From: Balanoglossus misakiensis
Taxonomy: Eukaryota > Animalia > Hemichordata
Assembly: GCA_040954595.2 (NCBI GenBank)
Contig: CM082580.2
Coordinates: 424,783 to 488,782, forward strand
Direction of reading: 5' to 3'
DNA: 64,000 nt
Made by a program: the position numbers and the translations under genes. Positions 51,301 to 63,646 of this stretch are shown piece after piece; position 1 is the first letter of the stretch, and every line of letters begins with the position of its first letter. The notes below the pieces were generated by a model. It searched no databases and was not told where the DNA came from. It worked only from the letters and a program-made list of their open reading frames with translations.

Positions 51301-52050
51301 AAAAAAATTTTCTCTGAAATTACATGTCCAATTGATTGGAAACTTGGTATGGAGGTTCATAGGGCTTACCTGAATCACATTTGTGCAAACGGTGGTGAAA
51401 TTTGCAAAAATGCATTTTTGGGCAATATTTCCTGTTTTTGCCAAAAAATCCAATCCTGTGAAATGTAGGTGCAATTGTTTTGATACTTTGTATTTGGGTT
51501 TCTAGGGGTGATCTCAGTCAGATATGATCAAATTGTAATGAAATTTGCATAATTGTATTTTTTGGGAATTTCTGCAGGGTTTGGCCAAATAGTCTTCGGT
51601 AATACCACAAGTCCAATTGGTTGGAAACTTTGAATGGGAATTCATATATGTGATATCAGTCAGATTTGTCTGAATTTCCTGTTGTTTGCCAAAATGTCTT
51701 CCTTATTGAAACTTGTTAAAGAGGTTCTTAGGCATGAACAGAAATCAGATTTGTTGAAATCTGGTGAAATATTCATACTTTTTGGTATATTTCTTGCCAT
51801 TTTTGATCAAAGAGTTTTAGAATTCCATAGACTTATTATTTTTATGCAGTTCAGGATGGGGTACATGACTCATAACCCCTTACAAAAATTGACAAGGCAA
51901 CAATTCCACAAACATGTTTACATTTCACAATGGTGCAACACACAACCCTTACACCATATACACTATAAACCAAAATGGTTTAAAACTGGTTTTTCTAATC
52001 TTGTTATTCTGTCAACCAATCACAGTACTGCACGTGAGCATATTCAGTTA
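48387..52050 (+). mobile_element. Stack of Helentron/DINE-like non-autonomous elements (heads at ~48387, ~48907, ~49731, ~50905)
   Basis: The heads at ~48387, ~48907 and ~49731 have T-run + short hairpin (aggtccca..tgg(g/t)acct; agctcac..gtgagct) + (tgta/tgtc)n microsatellite + degenerate gaaatttggtatg..cctagggg..aaatttgcatattt core repeats. The ~50905 head lacks a clear hairpin. Boundaries are approximate. Confidence 0.6.
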
Positions 52051-52321
52051 ATATCTGGTTCCTGATTGCTTTGGAAGTTAGTTAACAATTTCATAACACA
52101 TGTACATGTATGTGCAACTTTGATTAAATTCTGGTTGTCAATATTTAGGTAGTTTGTTGTAAATTTCTTTGTTTTTGGATAGCAAATCTTTTTAACCAAT
52201 TGCTCAGTTTCTTTGAAAGTTACTGTTAACAAGGAGAGTTAGTACACCCAACTTAGACTTTTACACCCAACTTAGAGCTACTATGACTGGTTACTAACTT
52301 CTATATCTATTTGATTCACAG

Positions 52322-52396
52322 ATGCTGCCTGAAATTGTCTGCATTTCAACTCGGGATTCTCTTCCTCGTCTGGGGCGAGTTTAAGACCGCTCAATG
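52322..52396 (+). other. Candidate exon A' (75 nt)
   Basis: Same splice signals as exon A, with 4 substitutions and no indels. Reads CCLKLSAFQLGILFLVWGEFKTAQ. Confidence 0.6.
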
Positions 52397-53573
52397 GTAA
52401 GCATGACTTGCTGTATATTTGCTTTTATCGGGCGTGGCACAACCGAAACAATAGGAAACAATGTATGTCTACGAACTAATTTACACCTTCCAGTTATCAA
52501 TACTTTTTTCCTTCGAATTCTAGCCTCGATTGCCTGTGATATGATCGTGATGACATGAATTAAATGGTCAAGTTCAAATCTTCATGTGAAGCATAAATTA
52601 AATTTGGATGCATTTCCTTAACCATATAGCTAGAAATTACTCCCATACCAATACACGGGGAGATACCGTAATTTTGGCTGAAAGTGTGCTAGTCCAACAC
52701 TATGCTTCATCAAACTGGCTAAGAGATCTATTATTATATATAGACACATGAAGGAAAGTAATGTTGTTTATAGTGAAATAAAACAATACCTTAGGCCACA
52801 AAGAAAAATATAGATCACGACACAAACAGGCTGGAGTTTTTTTCAAAAATGTGTGCATAAGATCATATTGGCCCATGGTAATCAAAGCCAAAGCAGCCCA
52901 GTTCCAAATTCGAAACTCAGCTCAGTACCAGAAACTTGCTCAAAGCTACCAAATGCACAGAAAGTTTTGAGAATCTAGATGAAAAATCACCAAGCGACTA
53001 GTGCGCTTGTCTATGTTCAATGTGTCTTCCCTGGTAACAACATGTACTTCTGCCACCATGCCATGAGATATACTGACAGCCACGTTTGAAACATTTTAGT
53101 ATACTGATATTCAAAGTTTAAATGTAAAGGCTTACTTTTCTATAGTAAAATAAATGTTTTATAATTGCCAACAATTTACATTCTTGCGCTAATCAGTTGT
53201 ATGAAAAGTGAGGTGGATCAAATGTAAGTTTCATTTTCACAACAAACATTAAGAAATCATTGTACAGTGTTACGTAGATGTCAAAGTGTGTGTACACCTG
53301 TCGTTTACAGATATGATGTCAGTTTCACTTGTCACCTAACTGCCATGTTTGTGGTATACCCATGTGGACCACTTTACTGCAGTACTGATGTAAATGGAGT
53401 TTCAAGATCGCTGTTACAGATTTCTCTGATTCGTATTCCACGTACATTATCGCAGCACAGTCTGACCCTATATTATACCATGTTTTGCATATTTTCACTA
53501 ATTAGTATGGCCCAAATAATTCTAAAGCAAGGTTGATTGGTTACTAATTGATAAGCAAATATTTGATTCACAG

Positions 53574-53646
53574 TCTTAAACACAGCATTTCAACGTATGC
53601 CGGAGGAGGAAGAGAATACCTAGGCCTGATCCAAGACCGCTTTCCG
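53574..53646 (+). other. Candidate exon B' (73 nt)
   Basis: Same splice signals as exon B, with 1 substitution (TTA>CTA, Leu>Leu). Confidence 0.6.
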
Positions 53647-54077
53647 GTAAGCACAACTTGCTGTATACATGCTCCATAGCTTGTTTGTAAAGGCTACCTT
53701 TTCCCATCAAATAGTGAAGTCGCCCTTTCAAAATTATGGTGGTGGTAAGCCACAACTGGTTATCATGGAGAGCCCCATATAAACTTACCAGCCCACGCTA
53801 GCCATGACTTTACAAATGTTTCCGTCATACTATGCAGAAAATTCTGGCTGCCTTAAATAGGTTTTCACTTTGCGCTAGGGGGTCAAATCACATTGCATTC
53901 TGGGCGAAAAGTCTACAACCCACTGTAGTAAGAGGTGGAAGAAATGATACATTTTGTGTATTTCATGCTTTGGTCAAACATGTCTGTCTCCGTAGTTAGC
54001 ATATTAAACTCATTAAATGTTTTTCACATTTTGTTATTTTGTCTGTTATGACCCATTATCACTTTAGCTTTAGCTTA

Positions 54078-54861
54078 GGCTCCATTCACAAACACCTCTG
54101 GATGGGGGGGGGAGAATTCAATTTTTTTACTGCTAATTTTCACATGCCCCCCCCCCCCTGTACACAACCCGAAATATTTTCAAATCCCCCACCCCCTTCT
54201 GAACTGCCAAAATTTTAAAATCCCCCCCCCCATTTTCTTTCACAGAGCAAAACACATCACTTATCTATCTTGTAAAAAAGAAAAACAGCGCTCCCATGAA
54301 AAGACTTTGAAACTGATGTTTCCCCTCATCAGTGGGTATTAAAACTGAACATGGTTTTTATTTTTTAAGTATTTGTATTCTGTGTTGGGAGACATTGTAA
54401 ACCGGGAATTGAAGGGGGTGGGTGTGGGAAGGGGTGTCCCCCTCCCACGTAAGAAAATTTTATAAAATACAGAGCTCAAAGCTGCATTTTTATGAACCCG
54501 GCAAAAGCAAATTAACTCAACTACCAGTATGTTGGGGAGGATAAATTTAACCGTCGCCGCTCAAAGTTATCATGGGGTGGGGGCAAGTCCCCTGACATGG
54601 GACACTAGATAAACCAGTTAATGATTGAAAGGTGTTGATGAATGGAGGGGGGTGGGTGTGGGAGGGGGTGTAAAATAAAGGGCGCGAAACTGCATTTTTG
54701 TGGACTCAAAATAAATATTTAGTCGTCAAAGTTTTCAAGTCCCCCCTTTCAGTCCCTAAATTATTTCAAATCCCCCCTTACATACCTTCAATTTTTTCAA
54801 ATCCCCCCCCCCGCTCAATTCTCCTGCCCCCCCCTCGCCAGAGGTGTTTGTGAATGCAGCC
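54078..54861. mobile_element. PIF/Harbinger-type non-autonomous element
   Basis: tta|ggctccattcacaaacacctctgg...ccagaggtgtttgtgaatgcagcc|tta. The empty paralogous site tttagcttatgaactccc lies at ~47559-47576. Confidence 0.93.
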
Positions 54862-55559
54862 TTATGAACTCCCATTTCTTTAACATGGCAAAAATCGGCC
54901 ATCAATTGTCGACCATATGAGATTTTCATCACTCACTTAGGGTAGCTTAAGGGAGAATTGTATAGGCATGACTTGGGCTGTAAATTTGATGAAATAGCTA
55001 CATGCCTATTGTTAACAAGCAGCTGACTGTACTGAAAGAATGGAAGTGTTGTGTACCTATTTTACATATTCAATATTTGTAATTAGACCATGTCATGTAT
55101 ATCTTGGGGATTGCTCGATCGCAATGTCTCTGCTGGTACAATGTCCTTTTAACTTGTACAGTAATATGGTAGTGATTGTAAGTTTGTGTACGGCATTTGT
55201 AAGTTATTTTCAATTTATAATTTTTTTGTAAGTTTCTTCATTCTCAAATTGCTTGCCTAACGTACTGCTTTAAAATTTAAATTTTGGTATGATTTTGAGT
55301 AGACTTTTGTTTCAAAATTATTTTCGACACTTGACATTTTTGGGTGATATGATTTTACATGGAAAATCTGATTTCCCTGTAATTCGGTTGACAGGATTTT
55401 CACAATATCTCTAAATCATGAAGTACATGTATCAGAATTGCATCAGGCCCCCAAAATTCTAGTCGCCCTTGGCAAGTAATATTAGCCATTGTTGTCCAAG
55501 GACGTTGAAGGTACAATTGGTTTTTAAACTTACTATGTAGGCATTTTATCAGAATTATT

Positions 55560-58500
55560 AGGTCCCATTTGGTGCAGGTATATGTATTTATACCATGGGA
55601 CCTTATGGGATCAGTTGCACCTGTATATATGGATGTCTGTATGGATGTTTGTCTGTATGTCTATCAATATCAAACACTTGGAAACCACTGGCATGTGACC
55701 TTGATATTTAGTGTGGAGATGCAGGCAGGGCATTAAGTGGGAGTTGTCAAAATGAAGTTGTCATTGCCAAAATATGCAAATTAGCTGGGAAAGTGTCAAA
55801 TTCGTCCAAACTCGGGAACTCGACAACTACTGAGCAAATTGCTTTCAAAATTGAAAATTGGTATTCCTGTAAGTTATGTTAACCTCACACAGTTCTATAT
55901 GTCGTGAGCTAATGTGAATTTTCGATTTTTTATGTATTTTTTGTCTCTTTCCACATTATCGGTAGAAAATCTGCTTTTCTGGAATTGATCAGCTGACTTA
56001 TTTGAAATTTAGTATGAAGCTTCATAGGTGATCTGAGTTATCATAGTTTTGTAAGGTCCCATTTGCTTTACCATGGGACCTTATGATATCGGTGGATGTA
56101 TGTATGTATGTCTGTATGTCCGTCCACATCACAAACTTGAAAACCGCTGGGCATATGACCTCGATATTTGGTGTGTAGATGCAGGCCAGGCTGAAGATTG
56201 GAGTTTGTTCAAATGAAGCTGTCATTGCCAAAAATATGCAAATTAGCTAGGAAAATGTGAAATTGGTCAAAACTCAAACTCAACAACCACTGGTCACATT
56301 CATTTGAAAATCAGTATGCATGTACCTTATGTCTACCTCAAACAGTCCTGTATGTTTTGAGCTAATATTATCGATTTTTAATTTTTTATGCCAAAAATCT
56401 TTTATGCATTTTTTGTATTATTCCACATTATTGGTAAAGAAATCATCATTTCTTAAAGTTATAGGCCTCATTCTTTGAATTTTAGTATGAAGCTTCTAAT
56501 GGTTGTCTGAGTAACCAAAGTTTTGTTCAAATTGTTGAAAAATTTGCATATTTTAATTTTGAGCAATTTTTGCCACTTTTGGTCATTTTTTTTTTCTTTA
56601 AAACTGCATGCCAGATTGATTTGGTAGGCATATTCCTAAGGGTAAACTGAGTAAGATGTTGTAAAAATGTTTTAGTATATATTGTGTTATTGGGGAAGGG
56701 GGGGGGGGTTACTCAAACATTTATAACACCCAGCAACTTTTGGTACTGGCAGGGTTTGTCCTCCAATGATTTCAACATCCTGCTAGGAATACAACCTCTC
56801 CTCAACTTTATAAATATAGGGCATGACATTGCAGGTTTTTTGAGAACGCTGTTTAAAATAACCCTCATCAAGCCTGTTAACTTATTTAGACAGACTATTA
56901 TCCAGAATGAAACGAAACATGGATGCAATAAAAAGATCTTGTGCAATAAAAACCAAGTTGATCATAACAATTATTTGCTAAGTACAACATGTACATCACT
57001 AATAGAAGTTATGGCTATAAGCATAAACCTGTTTGTTTTGCTATCTTCACTATTCATATTATCTGACTATATTAATACATTTGCAAGCATACTGTTTCAG
57101 ACATAGCGAATTTGATAAACATCTACAAATATATTTTTACCTGTTGAAGTTATCAAAATCCAGACACTTGACAAAAGGACATTTTTCATCCCCTCTATAG
57201 ATTGATAGTCTAACATAGCAGGCAATCTGTTTTTAACAACTGCAGAAGCCTTCATAAAAAGTTGTTGGCCAGAATGAAAGCTTAGGGGGACGTAGGATTT
57301 CCTACTTTTTAGGTTATTTTTTCTATGGCCCCAAAAAGCTATGACAAAAAATTGATGACCCCCTTGGAATTTATAATTCCCCCCCCCCTATCATACCCTG
57401 TCCATATTCTTATAAATGTCAATAAATGCCATACAGTCCTGTATGTTTTGTTTTGAGCTAATATTATGAATTTTCTATTTTTATTGTTTTGTCTTTTACT
57501 GCATTATTGGTAAAGAAAAATCTTCCTTTCTGAAAGCCATAGTTTTTGTCCAAATTGCAAATTGTTGTGAAATTGGTATATTTATAATTTTGAGCAATTT
57601 TGTAATTTTTGCTCAGAATGCAGATTCCTAGGGGGGTAACCCAAGTAAGGTGTTGTAAAAGAATTGTTTAAAAAATAAAAATATATTTGTAGATGGTTAT
57701 CAAATTCGCTGTGTCTGAAAGCGCTTGTCAGATTGCTTTGAACTTTGACAGGAATGTTCCTTGTAGTGATTTAAGTAAGATGGTGTACAATTATAGTGAT
57801 TTTTGCATATTTGTGTTTTTGCCACTTTTGAACAAATGTAGTTTTGTTTAACCCCCATCTTACCCTATCCATATTCAAATAAATATGAAAAGAAATTTCT
57901 CACAGATATTATTTACTTTGATAATACTATCATTTGTGCAACAACTAATCAATCAAACAGTCAATAATCATAAATTGGGAGTTCAAAAATATCTATAAGG
58001 GAGATTTAAAACCCCGTTAGCAACAACTGTTTGCCATGTTTTCAGTATTAATGTTTTGTGTAGCTTCTGCAGTTTTTAGGTCCCATATGGTATGTACCAT
58101 GGGCCTTATGGAATCAGTTGTGTCTGTATTTATGTATGGATGTACTGTATTTTCGCGAGTTAAATTTTTCGCGATATCGAGAGAGGCCACTGTTTCGCGA
58201 GTATTAATTTTCGCGTTCTCTTATTTCATTCACTGCATCGTTATCTTCAAAAACAATTTACGCGACTTTTTATTTTCACGTTATTTTGGCTCTCGCGTAT
58301 TTGGCGAAAATTAATTGCTCGCGAAAATAAAGTGTTTTACAGTATGTCTGTCTGTTTGTATGGATGTATGTCTGTATGTCCGTCCACATCTAAAACTTGA
58401 AAACCGTTGTGCATATCACCTCGATATTTGGTGTGCAGATGCAGGCTGGGCTGTAGATTGGAGTTTGTTAACATGAAAATGTCATTACCAAATATATGCA

Positions 58501-59800
58501 AATTAGCTGGAAAATGTGAAATTGGTCAAAACTCGCAAAATTCAACAACTGCTGGTCAGATTGATTTGGAAATTGGTATGCAAGTACCTTATGCCTACCT
58601 CATACAGTCCTGTATGTTTTGAGCTAATTTTGATTTTCTATTTTTGATGCATTTGTTTGTATTTTTCAACATTATTGGTAAAAAATCTTCATATGAATCT
58701 AAAATTACCGTCGAATCATCCAGTGTGAGTTAGCACTGTAATTAGCAAAAGTTATAAATCCACAGTTACCCAGCAAATTTGATATAATGCTTCACATAGG
58801 TATTGGTTTTGAACATCCTTCAGAAAGGGTATGAATATTTTAAAATTTTTACTGTTGCAACCCAGACTAGTTTATTTCTGAATAAACAGAGAAATGACAA
58901 CCGGATAGATTATTCTTCTGTACTAAAGACATATGCAGACACAAGAAATAGTCTGAACATTTTCAGTACATTACTAAAACAGTGTAGGTACATTGTACTA
59001 TAAACTGAGGAAGATTAGTGACTATTGTTTGCCAAAAATGGTCCCAAGTCATTTCTCAAGCATAGCAGAATAGTAGCTTTGAGTAGCAAAGTGTGATGAT
59101 TTAAAATGTAAAAAGACAACACCAATCTCTAGCTCTGCTCTCAGCACTGCAAAAGTTATCTGACAGGTAGATAGATGTTCAGTCATCCTATGTCTGTCAA
59201 CATTTTTCTTTTCTGAAATCACTGGCGCAAGTGCTTTTAAAATTGGTGTGCAGGTTTCTTGGGGTGGCGAAGTAATGTGTGTTCAAATTGTGTTGAATTC
59301 TGCATATTTGTAGTTTGGAACAAGTTTTTTGCTGTTTTTGGAAGAAAAAAGCTAAGCTCGTAGATTACTTTGACTATGCAGGTTTCTAGGTATGACACAA
59401 GTTGTTTCTTCAAAATATGGTGAAATTTGCATATTTGGGGGGAAATTTTCTCTGAAATTTAGTATTGATCTCCCTGAGGTATGTGACATAATCTGTAATT
59501 TTGTATTTTGGAGACAGTTGCCTTTTTGTACAAACAAAAAATCTTGTCAGAATATGCATGTCTGATTGCCACAGGGGTGATCTACTTTTATTTACATTAT
59601 AACCGAATCTGTAAAGTTTTCATAATGATCTTTAAAATAGGTACGTCTAATTGTTTTGATCTTTGGTATGAATTGTCCCTTGGTGATCTTAGTCAATGCT
59701 TTTGAAATTCCGCTGAATATTGCATTATTATTTTGTCTGAGTCTGAAGAGTAGTCATCATCTCTGAAACCCCTTGACCTAAGTCAGGTGTCAAATAGTAC
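55560..59800 (+). mobile_element. Further Helentron/DINE-like elements (heads at ~55560, ~56054, ~58078) interleaved with other fragments
   Basis: aggtccca..catggg(a)cctt hairpin, (tgta/tgtc)n and a shared core (tgtcatt(g/a)ccaaa..tatgcaaattagct). Boundaries are approximate. Confidence 0.6.
58145..58342. mobile_element. Tc1/mariner-type MITE (TA TSD) inside a microsatellite of a DINE-like element
   Basis: ta|ctgta...tacag|ta with multiple internal tttcgcg/cgcgaaa motifs. It interrupts a tgtatg/tgtctg tract. Confidence 0.75.
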
Positions 59801-60033
59801 AATTTGCAGATTTGTTGCATTGGAGATATTGTTGCAGTTTTTGAAATTCAAGATGGCTGCCAATGTCTGTGTTAACTCTATGGAAAAACATTTATGTAAA
59901 TACTTTTCTGAAAACAAGGCGGTGAACATCACATTTTTGTTTACAAACAGTAATAGAAATAGCTATCATTGTTTCTGAAAATCCTAACTTGTAGGATTCT
60001 TTTTCAATCTCTGGCATCAGCAGAGACAATTAA

Positions 60034-60766
60034 GGTGGCATTGCATGAAAAGTTGTGATTTTTGCCAAATTTTACTTTTTTACATAAATCGGTAGGCCTA
60101 ATACTCACCCACATCCTGACTAATACGTCTTGGCGGAAATGGTGCACAATCACCCCCAAATAGCACTTTTCTGAATGAGTTCACAGCTTAACAAATAGGT
60201 GTCAACAATGCAAATGGCCGTTTTTCTCGGTTTGCATTTTCGCTGCTTTTGACAACTTCGGACTAAAATAGCTTCGCCCTGCATTGGCCGAATTTGCTCA
60301 AATTTTGACAGGGAATTGTGTATGACCCATCCAACAAAACGCTAGTTTTGTATGTCGATAAAGTGTCCCTGGCGGGAATAAACTCTGATTCAATACAACT
60401 CACCGTGAATTTGATCAAATTTTCAGAAAATCTAACTTTCAAACGCTGTTACTCCTCAATGGAAGCAGATAACGCAAAACAAAATTAGCGTTTTTTTGCA
60501 CGTGTACTTTAGTTTCGAATGACATATTAAGATGCATGATGCATGGTCAACTTTTTTACCTATTTTAAATTTCATGACATAATATCAAAAAATGGGTTTT
60601 TTCGCCCAAAATCGCCACCATTTCCGGGGATCAATAATATTTGCAACTCAAACAAAAGTTCAAAATCTCAGCTTCCAGAATATATATGGTTTATGGGGGT
60701 TTAAACTTTGTCTTTGATGAGAAATAGGCCTCTGAAAAAGTCTCGACGGTTTCATGCAGTGCCACC
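60034..60766. mobile_element. Non-autonomous Kolobok-type DNA transposon
   Basis: ttaa|ggtggcattgcatgaaa...tttcatgcagtgccacc|ttaa: 17-bp TIR with 1 mismatch. Confidence 0.9.
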
Positions 60767-61112
60767 TTAAACAACTCTATAAAAAGTCTTATTGCTTAGT
60801 ACTGGCACGAGGTGGTAAAAAGATGTGCAGCTTTTGACTTATTACAGGCTTACACTTTGTTAGTAATATGAGTCCCTATTGGTATTGTGCTGGGTTTTTA
60901 GGAGCTTGGGCCCCATTCCCTGGATATTTTTTACACCTTGCTCTGAAAACCTGCCACACCTATGCTTCTTGAATTTGTCACAGTTGTCCTTGCCAATGAG
61001 TGTGCACCTTGAAATTCAAATCAGTCATTTGACCTGGCAGCCATATTCAGTTGAAATTGTTAAATAAATGCAAATTAGCTGGGAAAATTTGAAATTGGTC
61101 AAAACCACTGGT

Positions 61113-62600
61113 CAGATTGATTTGACAATTGGTATGCAAGTACCTTATGTCAACCACATACAGTCCTGTATTTTGAATAGTTTGAATGTTCTATTTTTAT
61201 GCATTTTTTGCCTTTTTCCTCATTTTTGGTAAAACATCTACTTTTCTAAAATTGATGAGACGACTTCTTTGAAATTTAGTATGAAGCTTCATATAGGTGA
61301 TATGAGTTAGCATACTTTTGTTAAAATGTTGCAAAATTTGCATATTCATAATTTTGGAGCAATTTCGGCCGTTTTTGAATTTTTTTTTTAAACCGGTTGT
61401 TACATTGCTTTGAAATTTGTTAGTCATATTAGGGGTAGCCCAAGTAAGATTTGCATGTATGTTTTTCAAATCAACTTGATGAATTGAATAGTATATTTTT
61501 GGGATGATTTTTGCCATTTTTGGTCAAAACTCTTCTCAGAACCCCCCACAGTACGTGAAATATCCCATGAATCACTCTGGTTTGTACAACCAGAGATTAC
61601 TCGGTCAAACCAGGCAAAGTTCACATGTGTAGAGAAAATTGTAGACCACTAATACAAATTTTGAGAGCATGCTTTAAAGGCGAATCTTATTGTCAATTAC
61701 CATTTCAAATGATAAACAAAATCATGCATTATTGAAAGAGGAGATACAAATTTTATAAAATAAGCAATTGCATAGCCAGCCGATACAAAAAAGTTTGAAG
61801 TAAAACAGGGACACTTGAAACACTTGTTTAATCAAACAAAACAATATTGATTTTTTTCTATAGACAGAACAATGGAAATTTACATGTTGACTTTCAACAG
61901 AGACTGGCCACCTCAGTTAGTCATTGCTTCTTTCCTCCTAAGTGTGACATTTGACGTACATGAATGAATACTTTGATTTCTATGGCTTTTAAATCTTGAT
62001 TTTGAAATTTTCACTCTAATTCCTCAACATACTTTTTCTAGATAAATCTTAATACAGTTATATGTACTTCATATCATTGTTAGTATCTAAAACAGAAAGT
62101 AATTAAATGGACAATCTCGATGATACAAATCATGGAGAGTTGTGGGTAAAATATCGTACTGTGCCCCCTTTACCCCCACTGCTTTGAAATTTGATTTGAA
62201 GGTTTCAGGGTTTGTTCTCATGATAATTTACAGATTGATTTGACAATTGGTATGCAAGTACCTTATGTCAACCACATACAATCCTGTATTTTTTTAACTA
62301 ATAGTTTGAATGTTCTATTTTATGCATTTTTTGCCTTTTTCCTCATTTGTGGTAAAAAAAATTTAGTATGAAGCTTCATGTAGGTGATATGAGTTACAAT
62401 ACTTTTGTTGAAATGTTGCAAAATTTGCATATTGATAATTTTGGAGCAATTTCAGCCTTGTTTAATTAATTTTTTTTCTCTAAAACCGCTTGTTCCATTG
62501 CTTTAAAATTTGTTAGTCATGTTAGGGGTAGCTCAAGTAAGATTTGCATGTATGTTTTTCAAATCAACTTGATGAATTGAATAGTATATTTTTGGGGGAT
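61113..62600 (+). repeat. Direct duplication of ~370-390 bp (61113-61505 and 62231-62600) of DINE-like core sequence
   Basis: Both copies start cagattgatttgacaattggtatgcaagtaccttatgtcaaccacatac and end gatgaattgaatagtatatttttggg. Confidence 0.85.
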
Positions 62601-62892
62601 CAAATCAAATCAAATCAAAACAAACATTTATAAAGCGCCAGAATCAATAACAATGTTATTTCCAAAGGCGCTGAAAGTATAACATCAGTGTTCGTAGGCT
62701 TTGACAAATAGAAATGTCTTGAGTTTTTGTTTGAAAATGTTGAGACTAGAAGCCTGTTGAATGTCAGATGGCAGAGATTCCAAAGTTGTGGCGCGACAAG
62801 GGAAAAGGCACATCCACCATATGTTTTGAGTCTGTACTTTGGTACACACAACTGGTTCCTTGAGCTGGAGCGCAGAGCCCGACTAGGCTTAT
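62601..62892 (-). mobile_element. Short 3' fragment of an L2-clade LINE with (TTTGA)n tail
   Basis: Minus strand reads YKPSRALRSSSRNQLCVPKYRLKTYGGCAFSLVAPQLWN/..FKQKLKTFLF, then a gcgcc..ggcgc stem and a tttgatttgatttg tail. Absent from the paralogous site at ~61505. Confidence 0.9.
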
Positions 62893-63646
62893 ATGATTTT
62901 TGATTTGATTTGGTTTCAGGGTGATTTCTCATGATGATTTACAAAACCTATGACTGATTACTTTGAAATTTGAGTAGGAAGTTAATTGGATGTGTTTGTT
63001 TAGATAATGGAATCAAATAAAGTTATTCATTCTTCACCTTCATTCTTCACCTCATTTCATTTATTGGCTGGTTTGTCTATTGTATCAGGGAAGAGTACTT
63101 GCCATCCCACCCCACCGATGCAAACTTTGAGTGGCAAAAGTAAAATTTGTCGTAACATTGAGTTAATTTGCTTTTGGGCTCACTAAAATGCAACTTTGAG
63201 CTCTGTATTTGTACAAAATTTTCATTAATTGGCTGGTTTGTCTATTGTACCAGGCCAGCATACATAAGATCAAGATGTTTTCGGGGCTGGGGGGGGCATC
63301 ATATTTTATTGCCTCTCTATGTGTGTGTCTGTCTGTCTGTACTCCTGTGTAGACTTTTTCTAGTGTAATCACTAAATGAGACCACAGTGTCCTTGACGCT
63401 ATTTTTTGCGATTTTCAATGACCCTGGGGTAACCTTTGACCAGCTTTCATATATCTTGGTATTCACAGCAGAATACAGCCTTGGCATACCCTGGTAACCA
63501 TGGGAACCGTTTGGGCCCAACCAATGGTGCTGGCAGCGTTAATTTTTAAATGATTTCTTCTTGTCGTTTTCTTTATCAATATGATGACTTGACCTAATCA
63601 GATTATTAAAATAATTTCATTCTTTTTTTACATTAGGTTCTTTGGT

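Larger units (their letters stand above)
52274..56693 (+). repeat. Segmental duplication, copy 2 (paralog 45789-49490)
   Basis: Collinear with copy 1. Carries extra segments at ~52845-53460 and 54078-54861 and lacks MITE A3. Confidence 0.9.

Noticed and set aside
52540-52685. Possible intronic C/D snoRNA (gtgatga...ctga)
   Set aside because: The C box is not conserved in the paralog (gtgatgt), which is also disrupted by a MITE. No terminal stem.
56684-57106. ORFs 56684-57106(+) and 56713-56946(-)
   Set aside because: No recognisable domain. An alternative exon-like minus-strand frame contains an internal stop.
61674-62172. Possible additional TTAA element (ttaa|agg...cct|ttac)
   Set aside because: The termini do not form a convincing TIR and the right TSD is imperfect.
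21977-63520. Remaining 60-140-aa ORFs in the track
   Set aside because: They overlap repeats or are antisense/off-frame to TE ORFs, with no motifs or splice support.
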